A stretch of DNA of 32,000 nucleotides, taken from contig NC_013966.1 in the NCBI RefSeq assembly GCF_000025685.1, positions 180,001 through 212,000 on the forward strand, written 5' to 3'. The notes below the pieces were generated by a model, which was not told the DNA's origin, did no database searches, and was given only the letters and a program-made list of their open reading frames with translations. Shown here one piece after another: positions 8,409 to 15,848 of this stretch (position 1 is the stretch's first letter; every line of letters starts with the position of its first letter). This DNA comes from Haloferax volcanii DS2 (lineage in GTDB: Archaea > Halobacteriota > Halobacteria > Halobacteriales > Haloferacaceae). Both the position numbers and the translations under genes were made by a program.

Positions 8409-8486
8409 GTCGGCCGGGCGTCGTGGCGTCGCCGCTCGCCGTGGCGCTGTGGAACGCCGCGGAGCGCGGTTAGCGGTCGGACCTCG

Positions 8487-8930
8487 TCAGGAGCGCGCCT
8501 TCGCACGCTCGTGATACCATCCGCCGAACGCGCCGAGCGGAACGACCAACCAACCGGCAGCGATAACGGCGAAAACCACGCTCACTGGTAGCAGGAGCGC
8601 GGTGAAGACGACGGCCTCCCGTAGAACCATCTCACCGCGGGTGACGTTCGAGACGCCGACGAGGAACGCAGGCCCGAACCCGCCCGTGACAAGACTTCCG
8701 AGTGCAGTCAGCCCGCCGAAAAGCGCACCGTAGCGTTGGCGGTCGTCGTCGGGTCGCAACCGTCGCCAGAGTAGCGTGCCCACGATAAACGAGGTCGGTA
8801 TCGCTACCGGGACGGCCAGCAGTCCGAGGCCGAAGACGAACCCGAGCGTCCCGTTCATCGCGCCGACGAGGGTCAGCAGCCCCGCAGCACCGAACCGGAG
8901 GGTGATTGCCAACAGCCCGGTGGCAGCCAT
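8487..8930 (-). CDS. Small integral membrane protein (about 4 TM helices)
   Basis: Hydrophobic Gly/Ala/Leu-rich helices run throughout. I prefer the start at ATG 8930 (MAATGLLAITL); the alternative start is at 9008. Confidence 0.6.
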   Translation of the reverse strand: MAATGLLAITLRFGAAGLLTLVGAMNGTLGFVFGLGLLAVPVAIPTSFIVGTLLWRRLRPDDDRQRYGALFGGLTALGSLVTGGFGPAFLVGVSNVTRGEMVLREAVVFTALLLPVSVVFAVIAAGWLVVPLGAFGGWYHERAKARS

Positions 8931-9114
8931 CGCTATCCCGCCGCCGATGTCGTTTCGTCCGGCGTACGGGAGCCGTCCGGGACCGTACCGATGACAGAGC
9001 CGAACCATAGGTCGAACTGCGTCGCGCGTCCGGATAAATGTTAGTTTGGATACAGTTGTCGGTTTGCAGCGGAACCGAGCCGGAGTTGCTCTGTCGGCGC
9101 TCGCCGTGGCGCTG

Positions 9115-9552
9115 TTAAACCGACCGGTGACCCGGTTCGATGCGGTCGACGAGTCCGTCGAAATCCGTGTCGAAACTCAACACGGCGTCGATGCCACGCG
9201 ACTCACACAGCGCGACGATGGTCGCATCGGTGAAGCTGAGGTCGTGATCCTCGTATCGACGGAGCGTCTCCAGCGACGCCCGGACGTCGTCCGGTTCGAC
9301 GTGAATCATCCGGAACACGTTCGGGAACGGCTCCTCACCGAGAATGCGACCGGCGACGGTGTCCGCCGCCTCGAACGAATCCGTTCGGGCGCGCGTGAGC
9401 GTCACCGTCTCGTCGAGAACGTAGTCGTTCGTGTACGGCTGTCCGAACTCCCCGTCGAACAGGTCGTCGAACGCGCTGACGGCTTGGTCGTGTCGGTCGG
9501 CATCCGTATCGTGGTGCGCGAAGAACACGCCGGTATCGACGAAGACGCTCAT
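9115..9552 (-). CDS. vapC: PIN-domain ribonuclease toxin, VapC family
   Basis: MSVFVDTGVFFAHHDTDADRH...DYVLDE...SFTDATIVALCE...VLSFDTDF supplies the PIN acidic residues in the expected order. The ATG overlaps the antitoxin stop (9549-9552). Confidence 0.85.
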   Translation of the reverse strand: MSVFVDTGVFFAHHDTDADRHDQAVSAFDDLFDGEFGQPYTNDYVLDETVTLTRARTDSFEAADTVAGRILGEEPFPNVFRMIHVEPDDVRASLETLRRYEDHDLSFTDATIVALCESRGIDAVLSFDTDFDGLVDRIEPGHRSV

Positions 9553-9824
9553 CCGTACAGCACGTCGTCGATGTCTTCTTCCGTCGTCGTGACGCCGGAC
9601 GAAACCATCCCGTCGTGGAACCGCTCGCGCTCGGATGCCGAAAGCGGGACGCGCTCCTCGCGGAACGAGTCGATGAGGTCCGCCTTGGACTCGACGGCGT
9701 TCTCGACGAGCCGCGCCAAGACCTCCTGCTGCGTCACTCGCGTCCCGGTTTTCAGCCGAATCTCGGCCTGTAACCGTTCGAGACGGGATTTCGTCTCGTC
9801 GTCCATCTTCACCGACGTGGCCAT
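9549..9824 (-). CDS. vapB: Ribbon-helix-helix antitoxin, VapB type
   Basis: This 91-aa protein starts with MATSVKMDDETKSRLERLQAEIRLKTGTRVTQQEVLARLV, an RHH pattern. It is translationally coupled to the vapC gene downstream. Confidence 0.8.
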   Translation of the reverse strand: MATSVKMDDETKSRLERLQAEIRLKTGTRVTQQEVLARLVENAVESKADLIDSFREERVPLSASERERFHDGMVSSGVTTTEEDIDDVLYG

Positions 9825-9972
9825 GTTCGCCGGTAGAACATACTACTGGGTAAGGTTTGCTACTGTGCTGACCAGTGTGGGACGGGCCGGGCCACATGCG
9901 ATAGCCAGTATCCAGCCACGGCCGGCTGCCGACAACTGAGGACGCAGACAGTGCCTTCTCAGCGCCCGACGC

Positions 9973-11406
9973 TCACTCGTCGCGGAACGCGCAGGTCGCG
10001 GTGTAGGTCACGTCGTCGAGCGCGAGTTCGACGCCGCGGGTCCGCGTCGGCGGGCCGCTGACGTTGATGCTGGAGTGCTCGATAGCGCAACCGGACGCGC
10101 GGTTGACGAGCACGCCGCCGACCCGGCCGTTCGGCAGGTAGATACAGCTATCGACGATGCGGGAGCCGTTTCGGTTCTCGTCGACGACGACCGCAGAGCC
10201 GTAGGGCTGACTCTCGCACGCCCCCGAGATGGTGACGTTTTCGAGGTTCACGCCCCACGGCTCCCGCGCGATATCGGTGTCGACCGGCCCCGCGTAGATG
10301 GTCTGGACGCCGGTGTCGTTGATGATGCGGCAGTTACGCATCGTGAAACCGCCGTGGCTCCCGTAGGTCGGAACGGTGATGATGCCCGGCGAGGACGGAC
10401 TCGACCGGTAGACGAAGTCGCAGTCCTCGATGAGAACGCCCGTGTAGCCGTGGCCGGTGGAGTCGATGCGGAGCCCCTCGGGGCTGTCGAGTCGGTCCCC
10501 CTCGCGAGCGTGTTCGTTGAGGTTGTCGGCGTCGACGATGACGGTCGCGCCCTTAATCCACGAGGTCTTTTCGGGGTGGTCGCCCGCGGAGATGCGCATG
10601 TTGGTGTTGTCGTTGTTCTTGAACAGGCCGCCCTCGACGCGGAGGACGCCGCGGGTGTGAGTCGCGCGGAACGACGACGACCCGCGCTGTTCGATGTGGC
10701 AGTCGATCATCCTGACCTCACCGACCGACCGCTCGGTGATGCGAATCCCGGCGACGCCGTTCGGATAGCCGGGGAGCGCCGCGCCCTCGCGCATGTAGAC
10801 GCGCCGGATGACGTTGACGCCCTCGACCGAGGTGCAGTCGAACAGCAGTAGTTGGTCGCGCGCGTGGCTGTCGGTGGGAGTGCGGCCGAGCCACTCGACG
10901 TCCTCGATGAGCGCGCCGTCGTCGTTGGCGAGCCAGATGTCGGCACTCGTGGTGTCGTCGTCGGTCTGCTGGATGGAGAAGTTCTTCAGGACGTGGTCCG
11001 TCCCGCTGGTGATGCGGAGCATCCGGAACCGCTCGCCGGGGTCCGCCGGCGGGAAGACGAACTGCACGTCCTTGTGCGAGTCGCCGAGGCCGACGAGCCG
11101 GAAGTTCGAGACGCCGCGGTCCCAGTCGTGCTCGCGGGTGATGAGATAGTCGCCCGGCGGGAACTCGATGGCCGTGTCGTCGCCGTACGTCTCGTCGAGG
11201 ATGTCGTCGACCGGCTCTTGCCCCGTCGGGTCCATCCCGAGGTCGTCGACCGCGTCGAAGACGGTGAGTTCCGGCTCCGGCGTGGGCGTCTCCTCGGTCG
11301 GCCTCGGCGTCTCGGTCGGCGTCTCCTCGTCCGGCGTGTTACAGCCGGCGAGCGCGGCCCCGACGCCGACCGCGCCGAGCGTCCGCAGATAGGTTCTGCG
11401 CTTCAC
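9973..11406 (-). CDS. Secreted Tat lipoprotein with a right-handed parallel beta-helix domain (polysaccharide lyase/hydrolase-like)
   Basis: MKRRTYLRTLGAVGVGAALAGC gives a Tat motif plus lipobox, followed by a Pro/Thr/Glu linker. The body has repetitive short turns with N/D/G caps (IEDVEW, VRMIDCHIE, LIEDCDF, MRNCRIIND, LENVTISG), typical of beta-helix coils. It is a paralog of 15849-18572. Confidence 0.85.
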   Translation of the reverse strand: MKRRTYLRTLGAVGVGAALAGCNTPDEETPTETPRPTEETPTPEPELTVFDAVDDLGMDPTGQEPVDDILDETYGDDTAIEFPPGDYLITREHDWDRGVSNFRLVGLGDSHKDVQFVFPPADPGERFRMLRITSGTDHVLKNFSIQQTDDDTTSADIWLANDDGALIEDVEWLGRTPTDSHARDQLLLFDCTSVEGVNVIRRVYMREGAALPGYPNGVAGIRITERSVGEVRMIDCHIEQRGSSSFRATHTRGVLRVEGGLFKNNDNTNMRISAGDHPEKTSWIKGATVIVDADNLNEHAREGDRLDSPEGLRIDSTGHGYTGVLIEDCDFVYRSSPSSPGIITVPTYGSHGGFTMRNCRIINDTGVQTIYAGPVDTDIAREPWGVNLENVTISGACESQPYGSAVVVDENRNGSRIVDSCIYLPNGRVGGVLVNRASGCAIEHSSINVSGPPTRTRGVELALDDVTYTATCAFRDE

Positions 11407-11757
11407 CGGCGGAGAACCTCCGTGCGCTCGCGGCGTTCCGGGCGACTATCCGGCGTCCGTGCAGCGGCGTCGAGTCGTCTCGAAGGGCGAGATGAAAGCG
11501 GGAGAGAGAGGGACCAACATCGGTTGCACATGTTTCCCGTCAGTTGGACGGGGAAGGTGATTGGTAAACGGTGTGTAACCGCGGCTGACGGCGCGAGGAG
11601 CGCGGAATCAAGGCTCGTCGGTGGCGGCGAATCCGGTGAAGGAGACGTACGAAAACCCGGGACAGAACCGGCGTCGCCGCAGTGTTCGACGCGTTCAGTC
11701 CGGTGCGACCGAGATTACGAGTCGCATTACTATCCACTCGTGGCGACAGTTATCCGT

Positions 11758-13056
11758 ATGAATCTGTCACGGCGTTCATATCTCGGACTGGGCGCCGCCG
11801 TGCTCAGCGGCTGTGTCGCGAGGGGTGGAGAACCGGCCGGAACGCCCGAGGCGACCGCGACCAGCGAGCCGCCAGTTCCGACCCCACGCTTCAGCTACGA
11901 CGACCCGAGCGTCGACGCGCCGGGAGACCCGCCTGCGGTCGCGTTCAACAGCCGCGAGCGGTTCAGAGACGCCGGATGGCTCGTCGACGACTTCGAGGAC
12001 GAGCGCCGGTGGGAGACGTTCGCGGGGCGGTTCGCCGTCGAGGAGGACGTCGTCTACTGCGGGTCTCAGTCGCTCCGGCTCGAAGCGACGCCGGCCGACG
12101 AACGGGTGTGGATTTACCGGACGTTCGACGGCGGTATCGACCTCTCCGGGGCGGACCTCTCGCTGGCGGTCAACCTCGAAACGCCCGACACCGAGGGCAT
12201 CACGGTTCGCCTCGCCGCGCCCGACTACGACAACACGCTGCTTCTCGGCCGGCACATCTGGCGGGCGGGCTGGCAGCGCCTCGACCTCGGGCCGCGGCGC
12301 GTCACCGGGTCGCCGGACCTGACGAACGTCACCGAGATAAGCATCCAACTGTACACCGGCGGCGGCACGGCGGCGCGGTTCTACGTCGACTCGCTCCGGG
12401 CCAAACCCCGGGCCGACGCGGGTAAGGTGATGATTACGTTCGACGACAACACCCGGAGCCAGTACGACACGGCGTACCCGATACTGGAGTCCCACGGCTT
12501 TCCCGGCGTCGTCGGCGTCATCCCGTGGACCGTGGGGTCGAGCCACCGCATCCCCCGGGACGGGATGGACGAGATGGTCGACGCCGGTTGGGACATGGTG
12601 AGCCACCCCCAGCGGTCGGACTCGTTCCGCGACCTCTCGCCGGTCGACCAGCGCGCGAGCATCAGGGAGTCGAAGGCGTGGCTCGTCGAAAACGGGTTCG
12701 AGCGCGGGGCCGACTTCATCATCTGGCCGTACGGCCGGTACGACGAGTCGGCGCTCGACGCCGCGAGCGACTACCACTACCTCGGTTTCGTGACGGTCGG
12801 CGGGCCGACCGGCGCGATATCCGACCCGCAAATCGTCGGCCGGACCGACGGCGACGACGTGAAGAAGGCGAAGCAGGCGCTCGATTTCGCCGCCCAGTAC
12901 GACCAACTCGCGGTGCTCATGTACCACGACGTGACCGGGAAGGGGCGCTCCGTCAGCCCGGCGGCGTTCGCCGAGACGATGGACTACGTGGACGAACTCG
13001 GGCTGGACGTGATCACGGCGTCGAGCTACTGGGAGTCGGTCCGAGACGCCGTCTGA
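11758..13056 (+). CDS. Secreted polysaccharide deacetylase (NodB homology domain) with an N-terminal beta-sandwich/CBM-like domain
   Basis: The start is MNLSRRSYLGLGAAVLSGC (Tat motif plus lipobox) at residue 303 of the track ORF. The C-terminal half has VMITFDDNTRSQYDTAYPILESHGFPGVV...GWDMVSHP...IIWPYGRYD, the NodB motif order. Confidence 0.85.
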   Translation: MNLSRRSYLGLGAAVLSGCVARGGEPAGTPEATATSEPPVPTPRFSYDDPSVDAPGDPPAVAFNSRERFRDAGWLVDDFEDERRWETFAGRFAVEEDVVYCGSQSLRLEATPADERVWIYRTFDGGIDLSGADLSLAVNLETPDTEGITVRLAAPDYDNTLLLGRHIWRAGWQRLDLGPRRVTGSPDLTNVTEISIQLYTGGGTAARFYVDSLRAKPRADAGKVMITFDDNTRSQYDTAYPILESHGFPGVVGVIPWTVGSSHRIPRDGMDEMVDAGWDMVSHPQRSDSFRDLSPVDQRASIRESKAWLVENGFERGADFIIWPYGRYDESALDAASDYHYLGFVTVGGPTGAISDPQIVGRTDGDDVKKAKQALDFAAQYDQLAVLMYHDVTGKGRSVSPAAFAETMDYVDELGLDVITASSYWESVRDAV

Positions 13057-13393
13057 CGCGGCGACTCGCTCGGAACGGAACCCCGCCCGGCACGCCGGCC
13101 CTGCGGGCGACATACCGATTTTCATGACAGTCTCGAATAACTTGATTCGAAGGTAGTCAGTCACGTTTCGAAGAACGTTAGACACCCGCACAAACCGTCT
13201 GAAACGCCTGAAATTCGCGTTTACGTACGTGTTGCTGACGACTAACAAAGACCCGAACCGCCCAATCTGCGGGTCGAAGTATCGATGTTCCTACGCACTC
13301 TCCAGCTCGATTCGTCGCCGCGGGGACGACGCCCCCGACGCGGTGGGCCGGCGGCCGCGCGGCGTTCACCACAGCGGACCCACGCGAGGGACG

Positions 13394-14533
13394 ATGTATC
13401 GCGGTAACGCCGTGGGCGTCGTCGTCCCCGCGTACGACGAGGCGCGGTTCGTCGGCGGCGTCATCGACACGCTCCCCGCGTTCGTCGACCGCGCCTACGT
13501 CGTCGACGACCGCTCGACCGACGGGACGTGGGAGGTGATTCGGCGGCACGCCGCGCGCGCGAACGAACGGGAGGCCGCGCCCGTCGTCGCCGCGGCCGAC
13601 GGCGGCGCGCCTCTCGACCGGCGCGTCGTCCCGATTCGACACGCGGTCAACCGCGGGCGCGGCGCGGCCGTCAAGACCGGCTACGAGCGCGCGCTCGCCG
13701 ACGGCATGGACGTTATCGTCGTGATGGACGGCGACGGCCAGATGGACCCGGACATCATGCCCGCCATCATCGACCCCGTCGTCGACGGGGACGCCGACTA
13801 CGCCGTCGGTGACCGGCTCGCGGCTCGGGACAGCCGCCGGGGGATGCCCCCGTGGCGGCTGTTCGGCAACCTCCTGTTGTCCGGGCTGACCCGCATCGCC
13901 AGCGGCTACTGGCACATCCGCGACCCGCAGAACGGCTACACGGCCGTCTCGGCGGACGCGCTCTCGGAGTTGGAGTTCGACCGGCTGTACGACCAGTACG
14001 GCTTCCTGAACGACCTGCTCGTGAACCTGAACGTCGCGGGAAAACGCGTCGCGACCGTGCCGATGCGCGCCCGCTACGGCGACGAGGAAAGCGGCATCAG
14101 GTACTCGACGTTCGTCCCCGGACTGTCGTGCCTCCTGCTCAGAGACTTCCTCTGGCGGCTCCGGGTTCGGTACCTCGACGGCGGCGTTCACCCGGTGGCG
14201 GTCCTCTACGCGCTCGGCGTCGTGGGCGTCCTCGCCGGCGTGCTCCGACTGGTCGGCGGCGTCGCGTCGAAGGACCGCGACGGTGCGGGGCGAGCGACCC
14301 TCGCCGGGGTCATCGGGGGGGTTGCGTCCCTGGGCGCCGCGATGCTCCTCGACAGCCGCGCGAACGAACCGCTTCGAATCGCGGCGGCACCGTCCGCGTC
14401 GTTCGAGCGGGACGAGCCGAGCGACTCGCAGTCGTCTCGCGTCGGCGGCGACGACGAGAGCGACCGACGGGGAGACAGCGAGAGCGAGAGCGAGACCGAC
14501 GGTGTCGCAGACCGCGAGGTAATCGGGGGTTAG
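13394..14533 (+). CDS. Family 2 glycosyltransferase with C-terminal TM segments (dolichyl-phosphate sugar synthase-like)
   Basis: GVVVPAYDEARFV, YVVDDRSTDGT and VIVVMDGDGQMDP (the DxD motif) are all present. Hydrophobic helices (VAVLYALGVVGVLAGV) follow. The start is taken at MYRGN (13394). Confidence 0.9.
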   Translation: MYRGNAVGVVVPAYDEARFVGGVIDTLPAFVDRAYVVDDRSTDGTWEVIRRHAARANEREAAPVVAAADGGAPLDRRVVPIRHAVNRGRGAAVKTGYERALADGMDVIVVMDGDGQMDPDIMPAIIDPVVDGDADYAVGDRLAARDSRRGMPPWRLFGNLLLSGLTRIASGYWHIRDPQNGYTAVSADALSELEFDRLYDQYGFLNDLLVNLNVAGKRVATVPMRARYGDEESGIRYSTFVPGLSCLLLRDFLWRLRVRYLDGGVHPVAVLYALGVVGVLAGVLRLVGGVASKDRDGAGRATLAGVIGGVASLGAAMLLDSRANEPLRIAAAPSASFERDEPSDSQSSRVGGDDESDRRGDSESESETDGVADREVIGG

Positions 14534-14606
14534 TCACCTCGTACCGCCGAAATCGGGGGCGTGAGGCGCTCAATAATAACAGCCTAGTCGCGTCATCTAT
14601 CCAGTA

Positions 14607-15656
14607 ATGGGGTCCACATCACACAGCAAAGGACGGTTAAACCGGGCGCTCGGCGAACTCTCGCTGGACGTGCCCTTCGCGCTGGTCATCGTCGTTGCGA
14701 GTAGCCTCGTCGCGGCGCTCGGCGTCGTTCCGACCGTCCAAGCCCTCGTCGGGCTCCCCGTACTGCTGTTTCTCCCCGGATACGCGCTGTTGCTCGCGCT
14801 GTTCCCCGCCGGGTCGTCGGACGCGCCCACCGAGGGACCGTCGTTCGGTCGGTTCGAGTGGCAGCCCAACCTCAGCCTCACGGAGCGCCTCGCGCTCGCC
14901 TTCGGAATGAGCGTCGCGCTGCTGCCGGTCGTCGGGCTGACGCTCCTCTGGACCGGCGTCGGGTTGGACACCGCGCCCGTCCTCCTCGCTCTGGCGGCGG
15001 TCATCGTCGTCGGCCTCGCGGTCGGTGAAGCCCGGCGGCAGCGACTCCCCGAAGCAGAGCGGTTCCGCGTTCCGATTCGCCGCTGGTACGCCGACGTGGT
15101 TCGGTCGTTCGACCAGCCCTCGCGGGTGGACTCGTTTCTGAACGTCGCGCTCGCTTTCGCGGTCATCGTGGCCGGCGCGAGTCTGGGCTACGCGCTCGTC
15201 GCGCCGGGGACGGGCGAGTCGTATTCGAGCCTGTCGCTTCTCACGCAGGACGCCGGGGGCGAGTTCGTCGCCGCCGACTACCCCGAAGCGCTGACGGTCG
15301 GCGAGCAGACCTCCCTGTTCGTCTCCGTCGAGAACGTCGAGGGCGAGGCGACGAGCTACACGCTCGTGGCCGAGCTCCAGCGAGTCGAGCGAGCGAACGG
15401 CGAGGTGACGGTCGTCGAGCGGCAAGTCCTCGGGTCGCGGACGGAGACCGTCGAAGACGGCGAGACGTGGCGGACCCGCCACAACTTCGCCCCGGCGCTG
15501 ACCGGCGAGGACCTCCGGCTCACCTACTTCCTGTACGAGGGCGACGCGCCGGCGGAGCCGAGCACCGAGACGGCGTACCGCTCGGCGTACGTCTGGGTCA
15601 CCGTGACCGAAGAACCGACCGCCGGCGGCGCGGACGACGCGGGCGACGACGCGTAA
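14607..15656 (+). CDS. DUF1616-like archaeal membrane protein (N-terminal TM bundle plus extracellular Ig-like domain)
   Basis: Four or five TM helices include LLFLPGYALLLALFP. The C-terminal beta-rich domain (LFVSVENVEGEATSYTLVAELQ...LRLTYFLYEG) follows. This architecture, and the placement inside a glycan cluster, match what I recall of DUF1616. Confidence 0.7.
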   Translation: MGSTSHSKGRLNRALGELSLDVPFALVIVVASSLVAALGVVPTVQALVGLPVLLFLPGYALLLALFPAGSSDAPTEGPSFGRFEWQPNLSLTERLALAFGMSVALLPVVGLTLLWTGVGLDTAPVLLALAAVIVVGLAVGEARRQRLPEAERFRVPIRRWYADVVRSFDQPSRVDSFLNVALAFAVIVAGASLGYALVAPGTGESYSSLSLLTQDAGGEFVAADYPEALTVGEQTSLFVSVENVEGEATSYTLVAELQRVERANGEVTVVERQVLGSRTETVEDGETWRTRHNFAPALTGEDLRLTYFLYEGDAPAEPSTETAYRSAYVWVTVTEEPTAGGADDAGDDA

Positions 15657-15848
15657 CGCGAGCTCGCCCGCGGCGCGTCGGCCCCGGCGAAGCTGGCGGT
15701 CGCTCGGTCGTCGAGTAGAGCATCGAAAAAACCGCGTCGGAATGCGAACGTGGGTGCCTCTGTCGTCTGCGGCGTCACCGCGCGAGCGGCGCGCCGCGCG
15801 TAGTTTCTGTGTCCGTGCTGTGCCGTCGTGTCGTTTTCCTGCGTCGCC

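Noticed and set aside
9046-9939. A 297-aa plus-strand ORF over the vapBC pair
   Set aside because: It is antisense to two genes with clear PIN and RHH signatures and has no motifs of its own.
10852-11757. A 302-aa N-terminal extension of the deacetylase ORF
   Set aside because: It is antisense to the 477-aa beta-helix gene and is Arg/Val-rich. The Tat-lipobox signal peptide begins at 11758.
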